From an uncultured Bacteroides sp. (GTDB taxonomy: Bacteria; Bacteroidota; Bacteroidia; Bacteroidales; Bacteroidaceae): a DNA stretch of 64,000 bases. The stretch lies in assembly GCA_937890825.1 (NCBI GenBank), contig CALADS010000071.1, positions 28,262 through 92,261 on the forward strand. The letters are read 5' to 3'. The notes under the pieces were generated by a model. The model saw only the letters and a list, made by a program, of their open reading frames with translations. It was not told where the DNA came from and made no database searches. Each line of letters starts with the position of its first letter. Positions within the stretch are counted from its first letter, which is position 1. Shown in pieces: positions 1 to 10,000 of the stretch. The position numbers were made by a program, and so were the translations under genes.

Positions 1-304
1 AGCTTTCCCCCTTCAAACGCCAAGAGAATTCTTCGGCACGCTCACCACCGAATACAAAATGAGTGTGTGAATCTACAAATCCGGGCAGCAAGCACTTACC
101 ACGGGCATTATAATGCCAGTAATGATGGAAATAGCCATCCCGTTCTTCGCCCCGGTTCGGTCCTACATACGTAATCAAGCCATTAGTTACCTCAACCGTA
201 GCATTGTCCAAAATCTGTAAGTGCGACATTTCCTCTCCCTTACGGGCAGTGCTTCCCAGCGGGGTAACCACACGGGCATTGAAGATTATCAGATTCTCAG
301 TCAT
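1..304 (-). CDS. hutI: Imidazolonepropionase, 5' part (runs off window start)
   Basis: Manual translation from ATG at 304: MTENLIIFNARVVTPLG...LLPGFVDSHTHFVFGGERAEEF, with the amidohydrolase PGFVDxHTH motif; lies downstream of hutU-ftcD. Confidence 0.93.
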   Translation of the reverse strand, partial: MTENLIIFNARVVTPLGSTARKGEEMSHLQILDNATVEVTNGLITYVGPNRGEERDGYFHHYWHYNARGKCLLPGFVDSHTHFVFGGERAEEFSWRLKGES

Positions 305-315
305 AATCCTTGCGT

Positions 316-1212
316 TTATTCCATTATCCTAGCTTCCAGCACCTGTTGCATGGTGAAATTTTCCAATCCCAGGTAATAAGAGGCTGTATCAATCAGTGCT
401 TCCATCGGCACCAAACCAATGATTTCACTACCTACTATGCTGACCCCATACCGACGGGCTTCGATTCTCACCAATTCAAAGGCACGATAGAGTGCTGTGC
501 GAGTATAATCGGTCATATTGATAGATACCTGTGTGATGCCACGTTCTTTCAGTTCCACCCCCATAGCCTTGCAATAGCGCAATCCTCCACCGATGAAACG
601 AATTTTCTTGGCTATATCATGTGCTATTTCCAAACTTGGTGTATTCAAGTTAATATTATAGGCAACCAGCGGCATGCGCGCTCCGATGGCCACAGTTCCT
701 GCTGTAGGATGGCGTTCGGCCGGCCCAAAATCAGGTTTCCACTCTGGTAATTTTATCTTCTCTGCCATTCCTTCAAATTCCCCTTTACGCACAGCTGCCA
801 AATTCTCGCGATGCGGAGCAGAAGCCGACTTTTCATAAAGGAACACCGGAAGCCGATAACGGCTGGCCACTTCAGCAGCCACTTCCTTAGATAGGGCTAT
901 CGCTTCTTCCATCGTTACTCCCTTGATAGGAATAAAAGGAACCACATCTACCGCTCCCATTCTGGGATGTTGCCCTTGATGATGATTCAAATCAATCAAT
1001 TGCACAGCCACTCCAATAGCCTCAAGCACGGCTTCTTTCAGCGGTTCCGGCTCACCTACTACCGTTACTACCAATCGGTTATGGTCTTCATCGTTGCTAT
1101 AATCCAGCAATTTCACACCCGCTTTAGCACGAAACGGGGCTACTATCTTATCTATCTTCTGCAAATCGCGTCCTTCGCTGAAATTGGGGACACATTCAAT
1201 AATTCTATTCAT
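316..1212 (-). CDS. ftcD: Glutamate formimidoyltransferase
   Basis: N-terminal ECVPNFSEGR and HPRMGAVDVVPF motifs; hut operon context. Confidence 0.95.
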   Translation of the reverse strand: MNRIIECVPNFSEGRDLQKIDKIVAPFRAKAGVKLLDYSNDEDHNRLVVTVVGEPEPLKEAVLEAIGVAVQLIDLNHHQGQHPRMGAVDVVPFIPIKGVTMEEAIALSKEVAAEVASRYRLPVFLYEKSASAPHRENLAAVRKGEFEGMAEKIKLPEWKPDFGPAERHPTAGTVAIGARMPLVAYNINLNTPSLEIAHDIAKKIRFIGGGLRYCKAMGVELKERGITQVSINMTDYTRTALYRAFELVRIEARRYGVSIVGSEIIGLVPMEALIDTASYYLGLENFTMQQVLEARIME

Positions 1213-1227
1213 AATTAATCGATTTTT

Positions 1228-3216
1228 TTAAAGTGATTGGGTAATTACTTTACTTATTAAATCATCATCAGCCACGTAGGGCATAGTTATATGATAACTA
1301 TCGGCATGAGTCTTGTTGAATTCGTCAGAAGTTTCCATAGCATGCGTATTCCGTGCCCATGAACGGCGTGCCACACCGCCCATCACATCCCACAACATAG
1401 CCGAGCGGAGAATTTCGTCTACCCGTTCAGAGCCGTCGCATACCATACCGAAGCCACCGTTAATGGCCTTACCGATACCTACACCGCCACCATTATGCAG
1501 AGCCACCAGACTCATACCCCGGGCACAGTTTCCGGCAAAACACTGCACAGCCATATCAGCCATAACATTACTACCGTCTTTGATATTAGACGTTTCACGG
1601 AAAGGAGAATCCGTACCGCTTACATCGTGATGGTCGCGACCCAGCATAATGGGCCCCACTTCTCCTTTTCTCACCATTTCATTGAAACGAAGGGCTATAC
1701 GCATACGTCCCAAGGCATCTTGATAGAGAATACGCGCCTGTGTGCCCACTACCAAATTATTCTTTTCGGCATCACGTATCCAATTATAATTATCCAAATC
1801 CTGGCCTCTACGGGTAGGGTCGATACATTCCATTGCCGCACGGTCGGTCTTTACTAAATCTTCGTGCTTACCGCTCAGACACACCCAGCGGAAAGGACCA
1901 TAGCCATAATCAAACAACTCCGGTCCCATGATATCTTCCACATAACTGGGGAATATGAAACCGTTCTTGGCATCTCCGCCACGGGCTATCTCTGTTACGC
2001 CGGCATCGAAGACAGCCTTCATAAAGGAGTTGCCGTAATCAAAGAAATACGTACCTCTGTCCACCAACAGCTTAATCATCCGATAATGCGTATGTAGTGT
2101 GGAATCCACCAAATAGCAAAAATAGTCATGATTGCTATGCAGCATAGCTGTGCGCTCTTCGAACGTGATGCCTACCGGACAGTAGCCACCATCATATACA
2201 GCGTGGCAGGAAGTCTGGTCAGATAAAAGGTCTATGTGGATGTGCTTTTCTACCGCATAGTGCAGCAAATCCACTACATTGCCATGAAAAGCGATAGATA
2301 CGGCTCTGTTTTCCTGCATGGCCTGACGAGCCAGTTCATAAGCTTCTTCTTCAGAATCTGTAACATGCCCCACCCATCCTTGCCGATAGCGCGTTTCAAT
2401 GCGGGAAGCGTCCACCTCGGCTATGATGGCTGCTGCTCCTGCCATCTCTGCAGCTTTGGGCTGTGCTCCACTCATGCCTCCCAAACCGGAAGACACGAAA
2501 AGTTTACCATGCAGATTGCCGTCTTGCGGAATACCCAGCTTCAGCCTGCCGGCATTCAGCAGTGTATTGAATGTGCCGTGTACAATTCCTTGCGGACCAA
2601 TATACATCCATCCGCCGGCTGTCATCTGCCCATAATTGGCTACCCCCATCTGCATGGCCGTGTGCCAATCATTCTGATTGTCGTACAGCCCCACCATCAA
2701 GGCATTGGTAATAATCACCCGCGGTGCATCGGGCTTCGACTTGAAGAGTCCCAGCGGATGCCCACTCTCTATCACCAACGTCTGGTCTTGAGTCAGTTCT
2801 TCCAAATATTGCTTTATCAAACGATACTGCATCCAATTCTGACACACCTGTCCTGTTTCACCATAAGTCACCAGCTCATAAGGATAAAGGGCAATGTCAA
2901 AGCAAAGATTGTTGTCTATCATCACCTGAAAAGCTTTTCCTTCTATACACTTTCCCTTATATTCATCGATAGGCTTAGCTTTCAAATCACCTTGCGGACG
3001 ATAACGATAGCCATAGATACGTCCTCGCATTCGAAGTTCTTCCAGAAACTCCGGTGCCAGCGTTTCGTGTAATTCTTTAGGAATATAACGCAATGCATTC
3101 TTCAAAGCCGTGGCAGTCTGCTCTGGTGTAAGCGTATAACCACGATCCGGCGCCCGCCGGATGCCTTCTACAAAAGTAGGATAAGGAGGCAAATTCTTAC
3201 TTAAAGTTATCTCCAT
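1228..3216 (-). CDS. hutU: Urocanate hydratase (long form)
   Basis: GQMTAGGWMYIGPQGIVHGT, GLGGMSGAQPKA, SDQTSCH and HNGGGVG motifs. Confidence 0.97.
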   Translation of the reverse strand: MEITLSKNLPPYPTFVEGIRRAPDRGYTLTPEQTATALKNALRYIPKELHETLAPEFLEELRMRGRIYGYRYRPQGDLKAKPIDEYKGKCIEGKAFQVMIDNNLCFDIALYPYELVTYGETGQVCQNWMQYRLIKQYLEELTQDQTLVIESGHPLGLFKSKPDAPRVIITNALMVGLYDNQNDWHTAMQMGVANYGQMTAGGWMYIGPQGIVHGTFNTLLNAGRLKLGIPQDGNLHGKLFVSSGLGGMSGAQPKAAEMAGAAAIIAEVDASRIETRYRQGWVGHVTDSEEEAYELARQAMQENRAVSIAFHGNVVDLLHYAVEKHIHIDLLSDQTSCHAVYDGGYCPVGITFEERTAMLHSNHDYFCYLVDSTLHTHYRMIKLLVDRGTYFFDYGNSFMKAVFDAGVTEIARGGDAKNGFIFPSYVEDIMGPELFDYGYGPFRWVCLSGKHEDLVKTDRAAMECIDPTRRGQDLDNYNWIRDAEKNNLVVGTQARILYQDALGRMRIALRFNEMVRKGEVGPIMLGRDHHDVSGTDSPFRETSNIKDGSNVMADMAVQCFAGNCARGMSLVALHNGGGVGIGKAINGGFGMVCDGSERVDEILRSAMLWDVMGGVARRSWARNTHAMETSDEFNKTHADSYHITMPYVADDDLISKVITQSL

Positions 3217-3493
3217 AGTATAATTGGATAAAAAGGGTTACAAATTGTCAGCTTATTATCACTGAAACAGCCGCAATATAAAAAAACAATCCGATATTTA
3301 CAATATATCGACCCTGTTATTTAACATTAAGTCAGAATTCTTTCAACTATCCATTTTATTTTTCCACAGCCTGCACCTCTGTGCAAGACAACACTTTGAA
3401 CGCACAAATTTCTAGGTTTATGAACTGACAGACAAATAACGAGACTTTAAATCTTGTAATTTTGCAGAGTATTACACTTAAATAAAAAACACC

Positions 3494-4207
3494 ATGATGA
3501 AAAAGACATTGATTATGCTAATTATGATGAGCTGTGCCTGTATGGCATTTACTCAGTCAGTCAGCGAGCGGCTTGCTCCCGTCGCAAATTCCAAAGAAAA
3601 GCCTGCCGGTCTATTGGCCGGCAAGCAAATAGGAATCATCGGAGACAGCTATGTACGCAATCATAGAGATAAAATAGAAAACACTTGGCACTATAAATTC
3701 GCCCAAAAGCATGGTATGCATTATTTCAACTACGGCAGAAATGGAAATTGCATCTCAATAGACTTGAAACAGTGGGGACAAGGCATGTATGAGCGCTATA
3801 AAACCATGAAAGATTCATTAGACTACGTGGTAGTAATAGCCGGTCATAATGATGCTGCAAGGATGGATTCTATCGGCATGGATATATTCAAAGAAAAACT
3901 CCATATACTATGCCAAGGACTCATAGAAAAATATCCCACTGCTAAAATATTCTTTTTTACACCATGGACTTGCGAGAATTTCATCGGAAGTCATCGGCAA
4001 GCTGTAGTGGATAGCATATTGCAAATCTGCGGCAGCTACGGCATTCCTGTATTCGATGCCGCACGATACGGCAACATCTTCGCAGCCAGCACCTCATTCC
4101 GTAAAATCTATTTCCAAGGAGGAACCGGAAAAGACACGGCCCATCTGAATGTGAAAGGACACGACCGATTTTTACCCATCGCTGAGAAATTCATTCTAGA
4201 GCATTAA
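3494..4207 (+). CDS. Secreted SGNH/GDSL-family hydrolase (esterase)
   Basis: Signal peptide; IGDS block I, AGHND block III, DTAHLN block V; TAATTTTG -7 box at 3457-3464. Confidence 0.85.
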   Translation: MMKKTLIMLIMMSCACMAFTQSVSERLAPVANSKEKPAGLLAGKQIGIIGDSYVRNHRDKIENTWHYKFAQKHGMHYFNYGRNGNCISIDLKQWGQGMYERYKTMKDSLDYVVVIAGHNDAARMDSIGMDIFKEKLHILCQGLIEKYPTAKIFFFTPWTCENFIGSHRQAVVDSILQICGSYGIPVFDAARYGNIFAASTSFRKIYFQGGTGKDTAHLNVKGHDRFLPIAEKFILEH

Positions 4208-4232
4208 CAGAAAAACTTGGTTCAGGTATTAC

Positions 4233-4286
4233 ATTACACTTTGTTCCAGCCTTTCTATTTTTTAGAGAACCGGAGCAAAGTGTAAT
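4233..4286. terminator. Inverted repeat between convergent SGNH and uxuA genes
   Basis: ATTACACTTTGTTCC ... GGAGCAAAGTGTAAT. Confidence 0.55.
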
Positions 4287-4348
4287 AAAAGATAGCATGA
4301 ATAAGGCCTTTATCAAGCATTCCCCATTTCTATCCAAGAGAAATTAGG

Positions 4349-5476
4349 TTATATCAGCCCCCTCCTCAATTCATCGTCTACTGCTGCCATCAGCCCTTCC
4401 ACCTGCCCCAAAGCAAGCATACGGCCATGGAAGGAATATCCGGCATTGTAGCCCATTTCTTCATCACCCAGCATCATTCTGGCATGATCTACACGCATGG
4501 GAAGTCCGGGATTTTCTTTTTCGAAGATTCTTATCAGTTCCAACAGATGCCCCCTGCCTGTGAGATGTGTACTTTCAATAAAGTCTCCGCCAGGCATGGC
4601 ATCGGTACTTCGCAAATGTACGAAATGTGTACGTTTGGCAAATTTCCTTGCCAGTTCGCGCGTGTCATTATGCGTTCCGGCACTTAACGACCCGGCACAG
4701 AAGGTAAGTCCGTTGTGCGGATTGTCCACTGCCTGTAAGAACCAGGCAATATCTTCTGCATCAGTAACAATGCGGGGAAGTCCGAGTATCTGGAAAGGAG
4801 GGTCGTCCGGATGTACACACATATTTACCCCATATTCTTCACAGACAGGCATAATGACAGAGAGGAAATAACGCATATTTTCACGAAGAGCCTGACGGTC
4901 TATTCCTTCATACAAGGCCAGCAGACGCTTGAAGATAGCTACCGGATTCTTATCGCCCTCGCGGATGTTGCCGTTGACAAACCCCTGCGTTTTCACAATG
5001 ATAGAATCTATCAATTCGTCTTTTTCTTCCTGAGTCATTACCTTGTCGAGTTCCTCTACCTTCCGAAGTTCCTCTGCCGAATAATCAGCGGCAGCACCGC
5101 TTCGTGCCAGAATTTTCACATCAAAATAGACAAATCTGAGTCGGTCGAAATAAAGCGAGCTCGTTCCGTCGGGCCAGGGATGCTGCAAATCTGTCCGCAC
5201 CCAGTCTATAACCGGCATGAAGTTATAGCATACAGTCTTTACTCCGCATTTTCCTAAATTAGCCAAGCTTACTTTATAATTTTCTATCAAACGGTCTCGT
5301 TCGGGACCTGCATATTTGATAGCTTCACACACAGGAAGGCTTTCTACTACCGACCACCGCATGCCGTAGGATTCTATATACGTTTGCAAATCTCGGATGG
5401 CTTCTTCCGTCCAGATTTCACCATTAGGAATATCATGCAAGGCCGTTACAATGCCCTCCACACCTATTTGCCGGAG
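4349..5476 (-). pseudogene. uxuA: Mannonate dehydratase lacking its first ~18 codons and promoter (5'-truncated)
   Basis: Body is typical UxuA (CYNFMPVIDWVRTDL, HPDDPP, HFVHLR, RVDH). In-frame homology extends upstream only to LRQIGVEG, then TTT and an in-frame TGA at 5482-5480; the conserved N-terminal WRWFG segment is absent. Confidence 0.85.
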
Positions 5477-5784
5477 AAATCATAGCCTATATAAACAAAA
5501 AATACACCGAAAACATTACTCTGGACCACATTTCATCCCTAGCTGCCATGAACCCTACGGCATTCTGCAGGTTCTTCAAAGAGAATACCGGAAAGACTCT
5601 GATACAGTACATTACAGATATGCGAATAGGATATGCCTGCAAGCTGCTGGCCCATGATACCTTCAACATCTCACAGATAAGCATGGAATGCGGATTTGAG
5701 AGCATCGTACATTTTAACCGATGTTTTAAGAAAAACATGGGAATTACAGCTTCTGAATATCGCAAAAGAATATTAGAACTCTAG
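5473..5784 (+). pseudogene. AraC-family regulator, C-terminal HTH domain only (5'-truncated)
   Basis: Frame reads GEIIAYINKKYTENITLDHISSLAAMNPTAFCRFFKENTG...ISMECGFESIVHFNRCFKKNMGITASEYR; no sensor domain or start upstream, abuts truncated uxuA. Confidence 0.85.
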
Positions 5785-5841
5785 AAACTCAAAAAAACAT
5801 AAAAGCCTCTGTACTTCTGCCTTTCCTTTACTGGATTTATA

Positions 5842-5849
5842 TACTTTTG
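5842..5849 (+). promoter_or_regulatory. Bacteroidetes sigma-A -7 box for the corA leader
   Basis: TACTTTTG matches TAnnTTTG, ~140 nt upstream of the corA ATG. Confidence 0.6.
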
Positions 5850-5880
5850 TACGGTTAAAAACAAACAATTATCTATAGAA

Positions 5881-5922
5881 ATGGACGATTCAAATCTACG
5901 AACGTGCAATAGTATTAACTGA
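5881..5922 (+). CDS. Candidate 13-aa leader peptide (uORF) MDDSNLRTCNSIN upstream of corA
   Basis: ATG after an A-rich tract typical of Bacteroidetes starts, TGA at 5920-5922; sits between the -7 box and alternative hairpins over the corA RBS. Confidence 0.45.
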   Translation: MDDSNLRTCNSIN

Positions 5923-5989
5923 TCCTACAAGGCAATCACCACTCTGAATGCCTCTGTACGGATATAAACGAACGAAAGGAGGCAATAAG

Positions 5990-6913
5990 ATGAGAAAATA
6001 TCTTTATTGTGAAAATGGCTTTGTAGAAAAGCCGCAATGGATGCCAAACTGCTGGGTAAATGTAGAATGCCCCGACCAAAGTGATTTTGATTTTCTGACG
6101 AAAGAATTAAAAGTTCCCGAATCTTTTTTAGAAGATATCGCCGATATTGACGAACGTCCGCGTACCGATACGGAAGATAATTGGCTACTCACCATTATAC
6201 GCATCCCGCTGCAACAGCAAGGTAGCATTCCTTACATCACAGTACCCATCGGTATCATTACAAACAATGAAATCATTGTAACCGTGTGTTATCATTCTAC
6301 GGAAATGATTCCCGATTTCATTGCTCACACACGCCGGAAAGGGGTGATTGTGCCTAATAAATTTGAATTGATTTTACGGCTTATCTACTCATCCACTGTA
6401 TGGTTCCTGAAGTATCTGAAACAGATAAATAATGATGTAACTGCCGCAGAAAAAGAGTTGGAAAGAAGCATACGTAATGAGGACTTGCTAAGATTGATGA
6501 AACTGCAAAAAACACTGGTGTATTTCAATACGTCCATTCGTGGGAATGAAGTGATGATAGGCAAGCTGCAAAGTATCTTTCAGGAAAAAGACTATAAAAA
6601 CCGTGATCTGATAGAAGATGTAGTCATTGAATTAAAGCAGGCTTATAACATGGTTAATATCTACAGCGATATTTTAACCGGAACCATGGATGCCTTTGCT
6701 TCCATCATATCCAATAACGTGAATACCATCATGAAGCGCATGACCAGCATTTCCATCATTCTGATGGTACCCACATTGATAGCCAGTTTCTATGGAATGA
6801 ACGTAGATGTGCACGCAGATGCCTTGCCGCACGCGTTTAGCTTTATCATTTTAGCGTCTATCGCTTTATCTGCATTGGCTTTCGTTATTTTCAGAAAGAT
6901 AAAGTGGTTCTGA
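5990..6913 (+). CDS. corA: CorA-family Mg2+/Co2+ transporter
   Basis: SFYGMN signature and two C-terminal TM helices; start placed at ATG 5990 after AAGGAGG. Confidence 0.92.
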   Translation: MRKYLYCENGFVEKPQWMPNCWVNVECPDQSDFDFLTKELKVPESFLEDIADIDERPRTDTEDNWLLTIIRIPLQQQGSIPYITVPIGIITNNEIIVTVCYHSTEMIPDFIAHTRRKGVIVPNKFELILRLIYSSTVWFLKYLKQINNDVTAAEKELERSIRNEDLLRLMKLQKTLVYFNTSIRGNEVMIGKLQSIFQEKDYKNRDLIEDVVIELKQAYNMVNIYSDILTGTMDAFASIISNNVNTIMKRMTSISIILMVPTLIASFYGMNVDVHADALPHAFSFIILASIALSALAFVIFRKIKWF

Positions 6914-6949
6914 AAAGGCCTGCAACCTACACTCAGATACTGGTTTGCA

Positions 6950-7041
6950 AACTATAAACGGCACTGCCGTTTGTACAAACGGCGATGGCGTTTATATAAA
7001 CGACGGTGCTGCTTATACAAACGGCAGTGCCGTTTATAGTT
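6950..7041. repeat. Palindromic intergenic repeat element, copy 1 (four ~21-bp units)
   Basis: AACTATAAACGGCACTGCCGTTTGTACAAACGGC...ACAAACGGCAGTGCCGTTTATAGTT; second copy at 43527-43620. Confidence 0.9.
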
Positions 7042-7078
7042 CTATCCCAATATCTCTCACTTTTATACAAGAGTGAAA

Positions 7079-10000
7079 TCATTCATCCGCCATAGGAATC
7101 ACTTCCTGCATATAGATGGCATCCAGACTCCACAGAGCAGCATCATTGGTACTGATACTTTTACATTCATCCAGTGGTGCAGGCACTTCCGGAGGCAACA
7201 CTTTCTCTACCCTGAACGGAGGAGCCGGTGTATGTTCCAAGCGTGTGAACAAGTCTGTCCAAGCCTCGTGAGCCAGCCGGAAATTACAGGTGTGATACGC
7301 AGCATACCCCAACAAACGGGAAATACGGAAACGGTTCTTTCTCAACTCCCATGCCTTCTGTTTGTAGTGCAAAGCAAAATCAAGCCAAGTATCCCTCCAA
7401 TCCGGAAAGTCAATCATCCGCATCATTTCGTTCATCACCTCAAATCCCCCCATAATAGCCATCAAATGATTGGTAGTTTCTAATTTGGGGTCGCATTCAG
7501 TGGTAATTATCCCCGTTGCAGGATCATACCCCAAAGCCAACGGCCCGGTAAAAATACGATTGGGCAAGGCTGCGATACTTTTCATCCCTGTTAGAATCTT
7601 ATCGCGATATTTCAGATTGCCCGTACGTTCCCATTCAGTCATCCAGTTACCTGCATAGGCCAACCAATCAGGCCCGATACGCAAACGGGCCGGAGCCGTA
7701 CAAGGATACATTTCACGGGGCTGAGCCAAACGCATAGGGTCGAGCGTGTACAATTTCAAATCTGCATCTTTAACCTCAGTCATCAGGTCACCACAGCGTT
7801 CATCTGTAGTGAGGTAATAATAAAACCGGTTCCAGGCAGCCTGGCTGATACGTGCCTCTTTAGCTCCACAGCCCCAATGGCTTACATTATGACGGCTGCC
7901 TAGTCCTGCGTTCGGACCTATATGATACACATCCACTTCGGCCGTGTGTCGGGTCATCGCTTCGGCCATTTTCCAAATATCCGCTCTGCCCGTCCGCAAG
8001 AAATTATACCAAAGCCACATATTGGAAGCCAATTCAGTATTGTCCCAGGCAAATCCACCAATGTCATAACGCCAGCTATGGCGAACAGGGTCATAAGCAT
8101 GCATCACATCTCCGTAATTCCAAAAACCATACCACTTATTCTGCTCTATCGCCTTCTGATAAAGGTCGATATAGGCATCCAGACGGTCTTCTACCCGAGA
8201 ACGGAAAGCATTGGTTCTATCCGGCAAACTCCATATGCCAAAAGCTTCCTGCCGATGCAAGTATTCCGGAGTAGGCAGCAGTACAGACAATGCTGTGACA
8301 GAATGAGCTTTCCGTGCGAAATCAGCCTTTCCCTGATAGCCACCCTGAGGCACCAGAGTTAAGGTATGTGTACGTGCAATGCCGTAAGGTGTACTCAACC
8401 CCTCTTGTACATCTTCATAGCTGGCATTCAAATCATGAGCCACGTTATCATAATGGCGCAAATCCATCGGCTCTGCATCAGGGCTCCATAGCCAGGCGGT
8501 AAGCAAGGCCTTCTCTTGTCTGGCATCAGACACTTCGAGAGCCGACGGATACGACTGCCAGAAATCGTGCAAAGCCAGCCCCATTCCGCCGGACACATCT
8601 CCCACAAAAGCATAGCCTTCACTCCGTGTGCCAGAGAAAGTTCCTATCCAAGGATTGTTGGCATTGGCACGTTTACGGATAGAGAATGCATCAGCCGAGC
8701 CTTGCGACAGCCGATAACCATCCCAAGAAGCCCAATGGTCCAGCAGTTTCCGGTTCTTCTCATCAAAAGTTTCATAGGCAGGAATGCGTTTTCCCTCCAT
8801 CTGCTGCTGTTGCATCAGCGGCCCGCTACCTTGCTTATCTCCCCAAGTCAATATTCTACGCCCCACCAACGGCTGCACAGGTTCACTCCACACCCCTCCG
8901 TCGGCACAAGAAAAAGCCACGTGCCTATTATACAAAGCCTCACGCATAGGTACCTCCAACTGCACGCCCAAACTTCGGATAAAATCTTTGGAAGAATCAC
9001 CGTCATAAACCAGGCTATGCACCATCTTCACCTGTTCGCTACCGGCATAGAAATAAAGACGTACCACAAACGGAAGCCACTTACGTCCGGAAGAATTGCC
9101 ATGCATACCGGAAAGTTTCACGGATGCCCGCATCGTTCCCACACGCTCTACCTCTGCCGACTGTAGAATACTGGTAAAAGAATCAAACGTAAGTTGTGAA
9201 GTAGACGGCAGTAAAGGTTCGCTTTGGGTCTGGCAAAACAGCCGGACTTTCTCTCCTACCTTGGTTTTCTGATAAAACAGGCTATCCAGCAAATACGCTC
9301 CCTGACGGGGAATAAAGGCAGTCACCTCACCGGTAGCAATCTGAATTCCTTGCGGCGTTTCCTTTACCGTTACGCCAACATCCTGCGGTTGCTTTTTAAA
9401 AGACTTGCCTGCACCCTTTACCGCAGAAAGCTTGGCCGTTCCAGCCGGAATCACTGTTCCCACACCACTCCATTTCACCGAGCCGTCCGGCCAGTAGGCC
9501 AGTGGCCAAGTATCTACAGGAAGGTGCTTTCCATCCTCTGTACGCAACTCCAGTCCCTGCCCTGAAAGCAATTCGCCTTGGGCGAAAGGAATGCCGAAAC
9601 TTACCGGTTTATCTGCTTGAGGCACATCGCCAACCCAATGCAAAGGCACTTCCTGAGGCTGTAACGGAGCTGATTCATACCTGAAATTGGTGATGCGTGT
9701 GCGCGACAAGGTAGTACGGAACCCAAACCATCCTTCTTGCAACGGTTGAGGATCGCGAAAATCCACTAGACGCTTTCCGTCGATGTAATAACTCACGCGA
9801 TTATTATCATTAGTAATTTTGATGTGATACCAATGATTAGGTTTCAGCAGATGAGCCGAATCGGTATATTCGCACAATACAGCAGGCCTGGCCTGCGCAT
9901 CCGTAACTCCTTGCTCGTTGCCTGTATACCTCCTGAAGCGAGTCGTGGAATTGTAATTTCCCCCATAACCTAAATAATACAACTGCAGAGAATAGCAATT

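Noticed and set aside
5948..5989. Longer corA start at ATG 5948
   Set aside because: ATG 5990 has an SD and a typical N-terminus; 5948 lies within the predicted anti-SD helix
6950..7041. Possible mini CRISPR array
   Set aside because: Units are contiguous 21-mers with only a few variable central bases; there are no unique ~30-nt spacers and no cas genes
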